Sequence record: KJ019103.1
Strand: one strand, 5' to 3'
DNA length: 64,000 bases
Shown here: positions 53,931 to 62,929 of the stretch, one piece after another
How positions within the stretch are numbered: the first letter of the stretch is position 1
How the letters are laid out: each line of letters opens with the position of its first letter
Notes under the pieces: model-generated
Database searches by the model: none
Told to the model about the DNA's origin: nothing
What the model saw: only the letters and a program-made list of their open reading frames with translations
Made by a program: the position numbers and the translations under genes

Positions 53931-54578
53931 ATGTCTCAAATTAATTTCCCAAATAGCCCATCCGATGGTGAAGAGTTTCTAGCATCTAATGGAACTACGT
54001 ATCGATACGATAGTTCTACGGGTCAGTGGAAGATTCTATCAGGTCCTGGTGTTCAGGGACCCGCTGGTAATACAGGTCCTACTGGATCTATTATTATGTG
54101 GGGAACTTCAACACTACCAGAGGGATATATCGAATGTAATGGTCAATCTACTTCTGGATATACAGCTTTAGCTGCGTTATATGGTTCCAATGTCCCAGAT
54201 CTTCGTGGTGAGTTTGTAAGGGGTTGGGATAACGGTAAGGGTACTGATAGTGGTCGGGCTCTATTGGGTAGTCAAGGCGAATCGTTTAAAAGCCACACAC
54301 ACACTCAGAATTCACACAATCACAGTCAGAATTCACACAATCACACACAGAATCCCCACAAACACACGCAACAACTGGGTGGAACTATTTCATCTGACCT
54401 TTTGCAATCCGGGAGCTATCGGATTGGTAACGCAAATTCTGCATCAGTTAGTAATACCACAGCAACCAATAAATCTACTACAGCAACCAATAATGCAGCC
54501 ACAGCAACCAACCAAAGCACAGGTGATACTGAAACCCGTCCACGCAACATATCTTTGATGTATATTATTAAGACCTAG
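53931..54578 (+). CDS. Phage tail collar domain protein (paralog 2)
   Basis: GSIIMWG...GYIECNGQ...PDLRGEFVRG...ETRPRNISLMYIIK. Confidence 0.9.
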   Translation: MSQINFPNSPSDGEEFLASNGTTYRYDSSTGQWKILSGPGVQGPAGNTGPTGSIIMWGTSTLPEGYIECNGQSTSGYTALAALYGSNVPDLRGEFVRGWDNGKGTDSGRALLGSQGESFKSHTHTQNSHNHSQNSHNHTQNPHKHTQQLGGTISSDLLQSGSYRIGNANSASVSNTTATNKSTTATNNAATATNQSTGDTETRPRNISLMYIIKT

Positions 54579-54614
54579 TGTGATATAATAAATACACTGT
54601 AAGAATACTATATT

Positions 54615-54848
54615 ATGTACACCCTATACTCCAAACTAAACTGTTCTCATTGTAAAGCAATTGAGAATGTATTTGATCTAAAGAACATTCCATACACCAA
54701 GAAAACACTAGGTCTAGACTTCACTAAGGTGGAGTTTATGGAACAATTTGGTAGAACTACTTTCCCCAGAGTAGTCAGTAATGAAGGAGTGGTATTGGGT
54801 GGTGCTAGTGAAACTGTTAAAATCCTAAAAGAACAAGGTATCCTTTAA
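54615..54848 (+). CDS. nrdC: Glutaredoxin
   Basis: CSHC active site, TFPRV and LGG. Confidence 0.85.
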   Translation: MYTLYSKLNCSHCKAIENVFDLKNIPYTKKTLGLDFTKVEFMEQFGRTTFPRVVSNEGVVLGGASETVKILKEQGIL

Positions 54849-55060
54849 TGTCTCAAATTAATTTTCCAAGTTCACCAGATAATGGTGATGAGTTTTTAGC
54901 CGGTAATGGCACAACATATCAATATGACAGTGCAACAGGTCAGTGGAAGATTCTATCAGGTCCTGGATCTCAAGGTCCTATAGGTCCTGCAGGTCCTCTT
55001 GGATCTACAGGTGCTACTGGACCTACCATTGATATTGGTGCTCTACCAGAACTTAGTTGA
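54848..55060 (+). CDS. Short collagen-like protein sharing the N-terminal module of the collar paralogs
   Basis: MSQINFPSSPDNGDEFLAGNGTTYQYDSATGQWKILSGPG plus GPx repeats; no collar domain. Confidence 0.7.
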   Translation: MSQINFPSSPDNGDEFLAGNGTTYQYDSATGQWKILSGPGSQGPIGPAGPLGSTGATGPTIDIGALPELS

Positions 55061-55094
55061 TATGTTATAATGTATCATAGTAACTCTATGATAT

Positions 55095-55853
55095 ATGGCT
55101 GCCCCTGTTGTTAAGATTTTGACTCCTGCATATATGGGTCAAGTGACCACACAATATATGCACAGTCTTATTGAATTTATACCATATGCTATGAGTAATG
55201 GTATAAATGTAACCTTTGAGACAATGCCCAACTGTTCTCTCATCAGTTTGGGTAGGAATGTGATGCAGTCTAGAGCACTCAGAGATCCCACATGGACTCA
55301 TCTAATGTGGATTGATTCTGATATTAGATTTCCAAAGGAAGCTATTATCAGTATGTTATTTGATGATAAACCTATTATGGGTGGTTTCTATCCAAAGAAG
55401 TCACTACCCATTGACATGGCAAGTTCTCCCATGCCTGGTGGTGAAGAAACTGAGCAACTATTTGAAACTGATTATGTTGCCACTGGTTTCATGTTAATTA
55501 AACGTGAAGTCATTGAGAAGATGCAAGATTCATACCCTGAACGTAAGTTTTTCTATCAGGGTAGTGACGAATATTATGATCTATATGCACCTTACATCGA
55601 TGAAGATTCACCTAATAGATTATTTCTCACTGAAGACTACGCCTTCTGTCGTCTAGCACGTAAGATAGGTTATAAGTCATACATGTCCAAGAGATTTACT
55701 CTAGGTCATATTGGTGTCTATGAGTTTAATTGGAATACAGAAAAGAATCTATCACAAGCATATATTCAGAAGTATGCACAACCAAAACAAAAACTAGAAA
55801 AGGTTGAAGGTGATAGTGAAGATTACAATAAACTAGATGATCTTCCACAATAA
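55095..55853 (+). CDS. GT-A fold glycosyltransferase-like protein (GT2-like)
   Basis: ILTPAY, SLISLGRN, HLMWIDSD (DxD), TGFMLIKR and LTEDYAFC. Confidence 0.75.
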   Translation: MAAPVVKILTPAYMGQVTTQYMHSLIEFIPYAMSNGINVTFETMPNCSLISLGRNVMQSRALRDPTWTHLMWIDSDIRFPKEAIISMLFDDKPIMGGFYPKKSLPIDMASSPMPGGEETEQLFETDYVATGFMLIKREVIEKMQDSYPERKFFYQGSDEYYDLYAPYIDEDSPNRLFLTEDYAFCRLARKIGYKSYMSKRFTLGHIGVYEFNWNTEKNLSQAYIQKYAQPKQKLEKVEGDSEDYNKLDDLPQ

Positions 55854-55881
55854 ATACTAACACTAGAACTACCACAAACAA

Positions 55882-57036
55882 ATGTCTATAAGAACTGCTT
55901 ATTACTTAATGCAAAGAAGTGGCGTTAATTATAAGGTTTCGGGATTAGATCTTATAAACAGAGACACTTCTATACTTAATGCTGGTGATGTATTTTTGGT
56001 TGAAAGGAGTGGAACTGCATACAAATTTACAGTATCACTTGATGCAGGAGGGGATGTAGATACATCTAGCATTCAAGATGATGATCTGTTTGTTTGTTTT
56101 ATTGATGGATCTGAAAAGAAAATTAATGGATTAGAGTTTAGTGCTCTAGTTAGTCCGAACGTATGGGAAACCAAAGACAGTTGGACTCATATTATTACAG
56201 ATATAGAATACGAATGGCAAAGCGTATATGGTTATGATCATGATGGTGTCTATCGATTAGATGGAACATTAATAGCTGCTGCTGCTTCCAGCACCGAGCT
56301 CACGACTGAATCAGAATTTGTGATCACTGGTAATAGTTCTACTGTGAGTGCAGGCGGCATTGATGTTAGAGTAGCGTGGCTTAGTAACATAGGCACAAGA
56401 ACAGACTTAAGTCGTGCGTTCCAAGATCTACCCGATCTGACTTTATTTGATGGGTATTGGGATATGACCAACGTTACAAACATGGCACAGATGTTCTACA
56501 ACGTTGGACCTTTTACAGCTGACGTTAGTAGTTGGAATACATCTAATGTGACTAATATGTCGGATATGTTCTATCGCTCGGGTTGGGGTGATTACACCTT
56601 CAATGTTACAGGGCTTTCTTCCTGGGATACAACGAATGTCACATGTATGTCGTTTATGTTTGAAGGCATTGATCTAACTGAAGATATTACTGGTTGGGAT
56701 GTTTCTAATGTAACTAATATGGCGGGTATGTTCGAGTTCGGTATCTTCAACCAAAACATTGGTGGTTGGGATGTTTCTAATGTAACTAATATGAGTTATA
56801 TGTTCCACGAGAGTAACACCTTCAATCAAAACATTGGTGGTTGGGATGTTGCTAATGTAACTAATATGGATGCTATGTTCTATTACTATAGTGGTGGACA
56901 ATTTGCTGGACAATTCAACCAAAACCTAAGTGGATGGTGTGTAACTAACATTGGATCTAAACCTAATGACTTCGATACTAATTCTGGTTTCGCAGGTCAG
57001 ACCGCCCTACAACCACAGTGGGGTACTTGCCCATAA
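55882..57036 (+). CDS. DUF285/BspA-like leucine-rich repeat surface protein
   Basis: About five WDVSNVTNMxxMF...FNQNI repeats. Confidence 0.85.
   Translation: MSIRTAYYLMQRSGVNYKVSGLDLINRDTSILNAGDVFLVERSGTAYKFTVSLDAGGDVDTSSIQDDDLFVCFIDGSEKKINGLEFSALVSPNVWETKDSWTHIITDIEYEWQSVYGYDHDGVYRLDGTLIAAAASSTELTTESEFVITGNSSTVSAGGIDVRVAWLSNIGTRTDLSRAFQDLPDLTLFDGYWDMTNVTNMAQMFYNVGPFTADVSSWNTSNVTNMSDMFYRSGWGDYTFNVTGLSSWDTTNVTCMSFMFEGIDLTEDITGWDVSNVTNMAGMFEFGIFNQNIGGWDVSNVTNMSYMFHESNTFNQNIGGWDVANVTNMDAMFYYYSGGQFAGQFNQNLSGWCVTNIGSKPNDFDTNSGFAGQTALQPQWGTCP
56689..56880 (+). repeat. 72-75-bp DUF285 repeats, near-identical at DNA level
   Basis: ggttgggatgtttctaatgtaactaatatg recurs at about 56692, 56764 and 56839 (one substitution in the third copy). 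Confidence 0.8.
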
Positions 57037-57653
57037 TGAGTAAGGTTGATATTGTTATTCCTTGTCATGAGTTATATGAAATTCTTGGAGAATGTATTGA
57101 ATCAGTTTTAGAAACCAAATCTCACAATCCAAATACCTTCGGTCAAGTTATTCTAGTTGATGATGACTCCTCATCAGAGGGAACACTAGAAGAATACTTC
57201 AGTGACAAATATCCTGATGTTAAATACGTCAGGAATCCAAACAGGATGTATTTTAGTGGAACTGTTAATCATGGTTCTGACTATGTTACATCCAAATACT
57301 TTATGATGCTAAATTCTGATACTCTAATTGAAACTCCAAATTGGTTGGAGGTTATGGTAGAGGAATATAACTCTGATGATAAGATTAAGATTATTAGTGC
57401 AAACTTTAATGATCGCAAACCATACTTTTCTGGAGGACCATTTGTGTGTGGTGTTTGTCTTATGATGGAGATTGATTTGTTCAGACAAATAGGAAAGTTA
57501 AAATCTGATGGTAAATTCATTCACTGGCATAGTGATAAGAAATTACAGAATGATGTACGTCGTATGGGATATTTGAATGCTTTATCCACTGCTAAGATAA
57601 AACATTTGGGAGGCAGATCCCGCGGATATATTCCTACTGAATTGGAAAGATGA
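57036..57653 (+). CDS. GT2 family glycosyltransferase
   Basis: DIVIPCH, VILVDDDS, FSGTVNHG and MLNSD. Confidence 0.8.
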   Translation: MSKVDIVIPCHELYEILGECIESVLETKSHNPNTFGQVILVDDDSSSEGTLEEYFSDKYPDVKYVRNPNRMYFSGTVNHGSDYVTSKYFMMLNSDTLIETPNWLEVMVEEYNSDDKIKIISANFNDRKPYFSGGPFVCGVCLMMEIDLFRQIGKLKSDGKFIHWHSDKKLQNDVRRMGYLNALSTAKIKHLGGRSRGYIPTELER

Positions 57654-58642
57654 AAAGAGTTCTTGTGACAGGTGGTGCTGGTTTCATCGCTCACCATCTA
57701 ATCTTAATGATATTAGAAACTACAGACTGGGAGATTATTAGTTTAGATAGATTAGACTTCAGTGGTAATTTGAATAGGTTATATGATATTCTATTAGAAT
57801 CTCCTCATAAGTCTAGAGTTAAGATAGTATATCATGACCTAAAGGCACCTATCAATCCATTGGTGGCATCAGATATTGGAAAGGTAGATTATATTCTACA
57901 CCTTGCTGCTGGATCACATGTTGATCGTAGTATTGAGTATCCTTTAGAGTTTGTTATGGATAATGTTGTGGGAACCTGCAACATATTAGACTTTGCTAGA
58001 ACACAGGATCTGATTCGGTTTATCTACTTTGGAACTGATGAAGTGTTCGGTCCCGCTCCTACAGGTGTAAGTTATAAGGAGAATGATAGATACAACTCAA
58101 CCAATCCATATAGTGCCAGTAAGGCAGGTGGTGAGGAACTAGCAGTATCATTTCAAAATACCTATGGTGTTCCAGTGTATATCACACACACTATGAATGT
58201 ATTTGGACAGAGACAACACCCAGAGAAGTTCATACCTATGTGTATTAAACGCATCAGGGATGGTCAAGTTGTAACTATTCATAGTGATGAGACTAAAACC
58301 ATACCAGGATCTAGACACTACATTCATGCGGAGGATGTATCTGATGCTATTATGTTCCTCCTATCCTATGAGAGTGATGAGAAGTGTCCCAAGTTTAATA
58401 TTGTAGGAACAGAAGAGTTGAATAACCTACAACTAGCACAGATCATTGCTGAAATTCAAGGAAAGGAATTGAACTATGAGATGGTTGATTTCCACACATC
58501 AAGACCGGGACATGATCTCCGATACTCATTGTGTGGGGAGAAGATGAAGTCATTGGGTTGGGAACCAAAGAATATAAGAGATAGGATTGAAGAAGTTGTT
58601 GATTGGACACTTGATAATGAACGTTGGATTAGTGTGTTATAA
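57650..58642 (+). CDS. rfbB: dTDP-glucose 4,6-dehydratase
   Basis: VTGGAGFI, HLAAGSHVDRSI, GTDEVFG, PYSASKA and RPGHDLRY. Confidence 0.88.
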   Translation: MKRVLVTGGAGFIAHHLILMILETTDWEIISLDRLDFSGNLNRLYDILLESPHKSRVKIVYHDLKAPINPLVASDIGKVDYILHLAAGSHVDRSIEYPLEFVMDNVVGTCNILDFARTQDLIRFIYFGTDEVFGPAPTGVSYKENDRYNSTNPYSASKAGGEELAVSFQNTYGVPVYITHTMNVFGQRQHPEKFIPMCIKRIRDGQVVTIHSDETKTIPGSRHYIHAEDVSDAIMFLLSYESDEKCPKFNIVGTEELNNLQLAQIIAEIQGKELNYEMVDFHTSRPGHDLRYSLCGEKMKSLGWEPKNIRDRIEEVVDWTLDNERWISVL

Positions 58643-58688
58643 TAATGAGGTTAGGGGTATAAATAACTAAAAATAGGAGGCTATTAAG

Positions 58689-58919
58689 ATGCTTACCGTA
58701 TCAATTGTGTTTGGGGTTATCCTACTCCAAATGTTCCTCCTCCTAGGTGGTGTTATCGGGTACCTAGCTTATGGGTACCTATCAATACAAGCCTCCCAGC
58801 TACCCAATCATCCTGAATTCTACGATGAAGAAGGAAACGTACTACCAGATGAAATTCTTGCTATTCGTTTTGAGCATAGCTATGGTCAGGATGGAGAGTG
58901 GATTGGTGAAGAGGATTAA
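58689..58919 (+). CDS. Small membrane protein
   Basis: Late promoter at 58658, AGGAGG RBS, TM helix and HPEFYDEEG motif. Confidence 0.7.
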   Translation: MLTVSIVFGVILLQMFLLLGGVIGYLAYGYLSIQASQLPNHPEFYDEEGNVLPDEILAIRFEHSYGQDGEWIGEED

Positions 58920-58942
58920 ACTATTACTTTTTGGAAAACATT

Positions 58943-59548
58943 ATGACAGAAGCGACAGAAACCAAGAAACCGCGTAGCGCACGAAAGGCACGCAAACCAG
59001 CGGCACCCAAAGTCCCTACCTCCCTACCAAACAATCCTTTGATGTTTGAGATTCTTGACATGGCATCCCGTACTAGGGGTACTGAAAAGAAGGTAGATGT
59101 TCTCAAGAGATACGGGTGTGGTGCTCTAAAGGCACTATTCATCTGGAACTTTGATGAAACTGTAGAGTCTGCTCTACCACCAGGTGAGGTTCCCTACTCT
59201 GGATATGAAGAACAGCATGTATACAGTGGAACACTAACTGATAAGATTGAAGAGTCTTCACGTCAGATGTATGAGAATGGAAGTTTCTCATTGGGTTCTA
59301 CTGATGCCAACGCTAAGACTACACTAAGAGCACAATGGAAGAACCTCTATCACTTTGTTGAGGGTGGTAATGGTGGTCTATCTAAAACACGTCGTGAGAT
59401 GATGTTTATCAACCTCCTAGAATCTGTTCATCCCCTGGAAGCAGAGATCCTCATCCTAGTCAAGGATAAGGAACTTGACACCAAGTATAAGGTTCCCTTT
59501 GAGGTGGTAGAAGCGGCATTCCCAGAGATCCAATGGGGAGGACGTTGA
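58943..59548 (+). CDS. Conserved T4-like cyanophage hypothetical protein (DUF6433-like)
   Basis: ALFIWNFD...LPPGEVPY...RREMMFINLLESVHPLEAEIL. Confidence 0.7.
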   Translation: MTEATETKKPRSARKARKPAAPKVPTSLPNNPLMFEILDMASRTRGTEKKVDVLKRYGCGALKALFIWNFDETVESALPPGEVPYSGYEEQHVYSGTLTDKIEESSRQMYENGSFSLGSTDANAKTTLRAQWKNLYHFVEGGNGGLSKTRREMMFINLLESVHPLEAEILILVKDKELDTKYKVPFEVVEAAFPEIQWGGR

Positions 59549-59574
59549 CATAAATACAAAGGATATGTTATAAT
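59545..59574 (+). promoter_or_regulatory. Consensus sigma70 promoter TTGACA-18bp-TATAAT (extended -10), overlapping ATAAATA
   Basis: TTGACA at 59545-59550, TATAAT at 59569-59574. Confidence 0.8.
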
Positions 59575-59581
59575 ATCCACA

Positions 59582-59669
59582 CGTTCAACTCACTTCGGTG
59601 GGTCGCAAGTAAGTCGCGGAACGGATTCGTTCATCCAGGAAACTGGACGCAAACGACTGAAGGAACGGG
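59582..59669 (+). ncRNA. Tandem glutamine (glnA-type) riboswitch aptamers
   Basis: Two CGTTCA-[hairpin]-CGCAA-...-GGAACG units, with hairpins actcac-TTCG-gtgggt and tccag-GAAA-ctgga, in the leader of a DUF4278 gene. Confidence 0.75.
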
Positions 59670-59701
59670 TTTTAACTAACCTCAACTTCAGGAGTACTAC
59701 T

Positions 59702-59869
59702 ATGAACACTCTCGCACTCATCAAAAAGCAGATCAACAAAGCTGCCGCACTTCACAACGCTCAGATCTCTCACACCGCCTATCGTGGTGTTGAGTATGAT
59801 ACTCATTGTGTAGAGTCTTCCGAGACACACGGCACTTTCTGCTACCGCGGACGCACTTATAACAAGTGA
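59702..59869 (+). CDS. DUF4278 family small protein (55 aa); not in the ORF track
   Basis: AGGAG RBS; two YRGxxY motifs (AYRGVEY and CYRGRTY). Confidence 0.8.
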   Translation: MNTLALIKKQINKAAALHNAQISHTAYRGVEYDTHCVESSETHGTFCYRGRTYNK

Positions 59870-59890
59870 GTCCTAACTGAATAGTGTAGG

Positions 59891-59921
59891 AAAGGGAAGG
59901 ACTTGTTTCTTCCCTTTTTTT
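59891..59921 (+). terminator. Rho-independent terminator
   Basis: aaagggaag-gacttgttt-cttcccttttttt. Confidence 0.75.
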
Positions 59922-59952
59922 GTGCTATAATATAAACAAGTATTCTATCATC

Positions 59953-60132
59953 ATGGACACAGACAAAGTAAAGTTTCTCATTCAATCCATAGAGGTTCTC
60001 ATTGATGAACTAAAATCAGAAGTATATGCTGAGGGTGAAACTTTTAAAGTAAGTGAAACCCAGTACTCAGAGGAATCAGAAATTCCAACGACTATAACAA
60101 ACTTTTATCCTGAAGTGACGGACGATCTATGA
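59953..60132 (+). CDS. Hypothetical protein
   Basis: MDTDKVKFLIQSIEVLIDELKSEVY...; follows TGCTATAAT. Confidence 0.6.
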   Translation: MDTDKVKFLIQSIEVLIDELKSEVYAEGETFKVSETQYSEESEIPTTITNFYPEVTDDL

Positions 60133-60881
60133 AACCAGTCAAGGCAGATACACTCCTCAAACTAGATCCTCACCAGAAGGTTGAGATGATCCGTTGTACT
60201 CCCAACCCACAGCAACTTGTGTTTATGGGTGGTAAGAATGACTATAGTGAACTACCCATTGAAGACACAGACATTCCTCAAGAGAAAGAGTGTGGAGCGT
60301 GGGTTATTGAGCAACTCTTAGCGAACGAGAGGGGACACTGGGGACCCCTAGAACACCCCTCTATCACCTTCTCCTGTAGTGGGTTCGTTCATAATGTTAT
60401 CGTTCAGGCAAGAACCCATAGAGTAGGTATTAGTTTTGATGTACAATCACAACGATATACCTGCAAGAGAATCATAAAGGTAGCAGAGGGGAAACTATCA
60501 CCCCAGTCAGTATTCTATGTGAGACCTCCTGGTTTCTATACTAATAGGAAGGGGAAGAAGTACGAATGGATAGACGCAGACTATCAAACTCAGTTAGGTC
60601 TCTGTCAGGCTGCAGCTGAACGATTTGCTCGTCAGTTTGAGAATGGTGTATCTGAAGAACACGCTCGTGATTATCTACCACAGAATATTCGTCAGAACTT
60701 TGTAGTCACCTTTAGTCTTCGTTCTCTCCTACACTTCCTAGATCTTCGAGCTAAACTAGATGCTCAGTTGGAAATCCAAGCTCTATGTGAGGCTATGATT
60801 GAACCTACTAAGACCTGGATTCCTGAAATCTTTGAATACTACTCAGAGAAAAGACTACACAGGGCAAGACTTGCCCCCTAA
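60129..60881 (+). CDS. thyX: Flavin-dependent thymidylate synthase
   Basis: GHWGPLEH, RTHRVGISFDVQSQRY (ThyX motif) and EHARDYLP. Confidence 0.9.
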   Translation: MKPVKADTLLKLDPHQKVEMIRCTPNPQQLVFMGGKNDYSELPIEDTDIPQEKECGAWVIEQLLANERGHWGPLEHPSITFSCSGFVHNVIVQARTHRVGISFDVQSQRYTCKRIIKVAEGKLSPQSVFYVRPPGFYTNRKGKKYEWIDADYQTQLGLCQAAAERFARQFENGVSEEHARDYLPQNIRQNFVVTFSLRSLLHFLDLRAKLDAQLEIQALCEAMIEPTKTWIPEIFEYYSEKRLHRARLAP

Positions 60882-60909
60882 ATATTTTTATGTCTAATGG
60901 AGGACTATT

Positions 60910-61152
60910 TTGGCGAAATTTGATGTGATCAATAAAGACACTGGGGAGACTAAAATCATTGATGTTAGTGTCCATGAAATCACCCAGTGGTATGAAGATA
61001 ATAAACCTTGGGTTCGTGACTGGTCACAGGGATGTGCTGGTGGAGGTGAGATTGGTGACTGGAGAGACACTCTAAGAAAGAAAGCACCAGGTTGGAATGA
61101 TGTATTGGGTGTAGCCGCCTCACAGAGAGGCTCCCGAGTCAAGAAGCTCTGA
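60910..61152 (+). CDS. Conserved hypothetical protein upstream of phoH
   Basis: TTG start after GGAGG; GWNDVL motif; T4-like cyanophage synteny. Confidence 0.65.
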   Translation: MAKFDVINKDTGETKIIDVSVHEITQWYEDNKPWVRDWSQGCAGGGEIGDWRDTLRKKAPGWNDVLGVAASQRGSRVKKL

Positions 61153-61177
61153 TTTTTAGTATTATTGTATAGTTATT

Positions 61178-61945
61178 ATGGCCGCTAGAAAGAAAAGAAC
61201 ATCTGCGAACTCCAACATTGGGGTGGGACTTACTACCAAGCAGATGAAGAGGAAGAAACCAATCAATAGTGACTTCCTCACCCGGATTGAACCCATGACG
61301 GATAATCAGAAGTTGTTATTCGATGAGTACGACAAGGGACAACACATTGTTGCCTATGGTTCTGCTGGTACTGGTAAGACCTTTGTAACCCTCTACAAGG
61401 CGTTGAAAGAGGTTTTGGATGAGAGATCCCCGTATGAGAAAGTATATCTCGTCAGGTCTCTTGTAGCAACCAGAGAGATTGGTTTCCTTCCTGGTGACCA
61501 TGATGATAAGGTAGCTATCTATCAGATTCCATATAAGAATATGGTGAAGTATATGTTTGCAATGCAGACAGACTCTGACTTTGAAATGTTATATGGAAAC
61601 CTAAAGTCACAAGAGACTCTAAGTTTCTGGAGTACCTCATTCCTTCGTGGTACTACACTAGACAAGGCAGTTATCATCGTAGATGAGTTCCAGAACCTCA
61701 ACGCACACGAACTTGATTCCATCATGACTCGTGTTGGTGAGGATACTAAGATTCATTTCTGTGGTGATGCAACTCAGTCTGACCTTACCAAGGCGTCAGA
61801 AAGAACAGGTATCATGGACTTCATGGCTATTCTAGAAAGAATGCCCTCTATCAGTAAGATTGAGTTTGGTCTAGATGATATTGTTAGATCTGGTTTGGTT
61901 AAAGAATACCTAACTGCTAAGGCAGAGTCTGGTATTGAGATCTGA
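61178..61945 (+). CDS. phoH: PhoH family ATPase
   Basis: GSAGTGKT, IGFLPG, FLRGTT, IVDEFQN and FCGDATQSD. Confidence 0.95.
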   Translation: MAARKKRTSANSNIGVGLTTKQMKRKKPINSDFLTRIEPMTDNQKLLFDEYDKGQHIVAYGSAGTGKTFVTLYKALKEVLDERSPYEKVYLVRSLVATREIGFLPGDHDDKVAIYQIPYKNMVKYMFAMQTDSDFEMLYGNLKSQETLSFWSTSFLRGTTLDKAVIIVDEFQNLNAHELDSIMTRVGEDTKIHFCGDATQSDLTKASERTGIMDFMAILERMPSISKIEFGLDDIVRSGLVKEYLTAKAESGIEI

Positions 61946-61975
61946 TGTGGTATAATAGTATTGTCTTTACTATAG

Positions 61976-62656
61976 ATGATGCCATTTATTCACAGCCCTA
62001 TTGATCTACCAAACCTTGAGAGGTACCCTATCAACGGGGTTCGGTATTATAAAGTACCAGATGGAGATACACTACACACTCTAGTGTCAGTAACCTCTGT
62101 AACTTCACACTGGAAGGCAGACTTCTTCCGTAAGTGGAGAGCAAAGGTTGGTGAAGAGGAAGCTAATCGTATAACAAATAGAGCAACAACTAGGGGTACA
62201 GACATGCACCTACTAACTGAACACTATTTGAGGAACGAGACTCTACCAAAGGCAAAGGTTCCTATTGCCGATCTCCTATTCAAAATAGCCAAACCAGAGT
62301 TAGATAGGATCAATAACATCATTGTTCAAGAACAGGCAATGTATAGTTTGAAACTCGGTATTGCTGGTACTCCTGATTGTATTGCCGACTACAACGGAGA
62401 GTTATCTATTATTGACTTTAAGACATCTGCTAAACCCAAACCCAGAGCGTGGATTGAAGGTTACTTTGTTCAGGCATCAGCATACGCTTGTATGTTGTAT
62501 GAACTCACAGGACTAAAGGCTAAGAACCTAGTTATTATTATGGCGTGTGAAGATGGTGAGTGTGTGGTATATGAAGAGCGTGATATAATGAAGTACGCAA
62601 GACTACTTCACCAATACATTACCAAATTTGTAAACGACAAACTAGAGGAACTATGA
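61976..62656 (+). CDS. PD-(D/E)xK exonuclease (Cas4-like fold, T4-like cyanophage core)
   Basis: SVTSV, RGTDMH, AGTPDCIA...IIDFKTS and YFVQASAYA. Confidence 0.88.
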   Translation: MMPFIHSPIDLPNLERYPINGVRYYKVPDGDTLHTLVSVTSVTSHWKADFFRKWRAKVGEEEANRITNRATTRGTDMHLLTEHYLRNETLPKAKVPIADLLFKIAKPELDRINNIIVQEQAMYSLKLGIAGTPDCIADYNGELSIIDFKTSAKPKPRAWIEGYFVQASAYACMLYELTGLKAKNLVIIMACEDGECVVYEERDIMKYARLLHQYITKFVNDKLEEL

Positions 62657-62916
62657 GCAAAGAAGAGTTTAATAAAGTATTGGAGGAGAAGTTTATCACC
62701 CCCATTCATTTCTCCTATGAGGTGGAGAAGATTGTATTGAAGGAAAAGGTTAACTATATTGATGGTATCCTCCTCTATTGTGAGAGGGAAAGTATTGAAG
62801 TAGAAGCTATTCCCAAACTGATGACTAAACCCCTCAAGGAGAAGCTGAAAATTGATGCCAATCGCTTGAACTTTATGAAGTCCAGAAACTTCTCTATGGC
62901 AAAGTTACCACTCTGA
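62653..62916 (+). CDS. gp33: Late promoter transcription coactivator
   Basis: FSYEVEKIV...YIDGILLYC...PKLMTKPLKEKLKIDA..LNF; synteny. Confidence 0.85.
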   Translation: MSKEEFNKVLEEKFITPIHFSYEVEKIVLKEKVNYIDGILLYCERESIEVEAIPKLMTKPLKEKLKIDANRLNFMKSRNFSMAKLPL

Positions 62917-62929
62917 TCTTTATTATTAT

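Noticed and set aside
53252-57036. Diversity-generating retroelement or invertase shufflon acting on the fibre tips
   Set aside because: No reverse transcriptase or recombinase is present in the window, no adenine-specific TR/VR pair is seen, and all repeats are in direct orientation.
61976-62656. Cas4-like nuclease suggesting a CRISPR system
   Set aside because: There is no repeat-spacer array or other cas gene. It sits in the standard phoH-exonuclease-gp33-gp59 core synteny.
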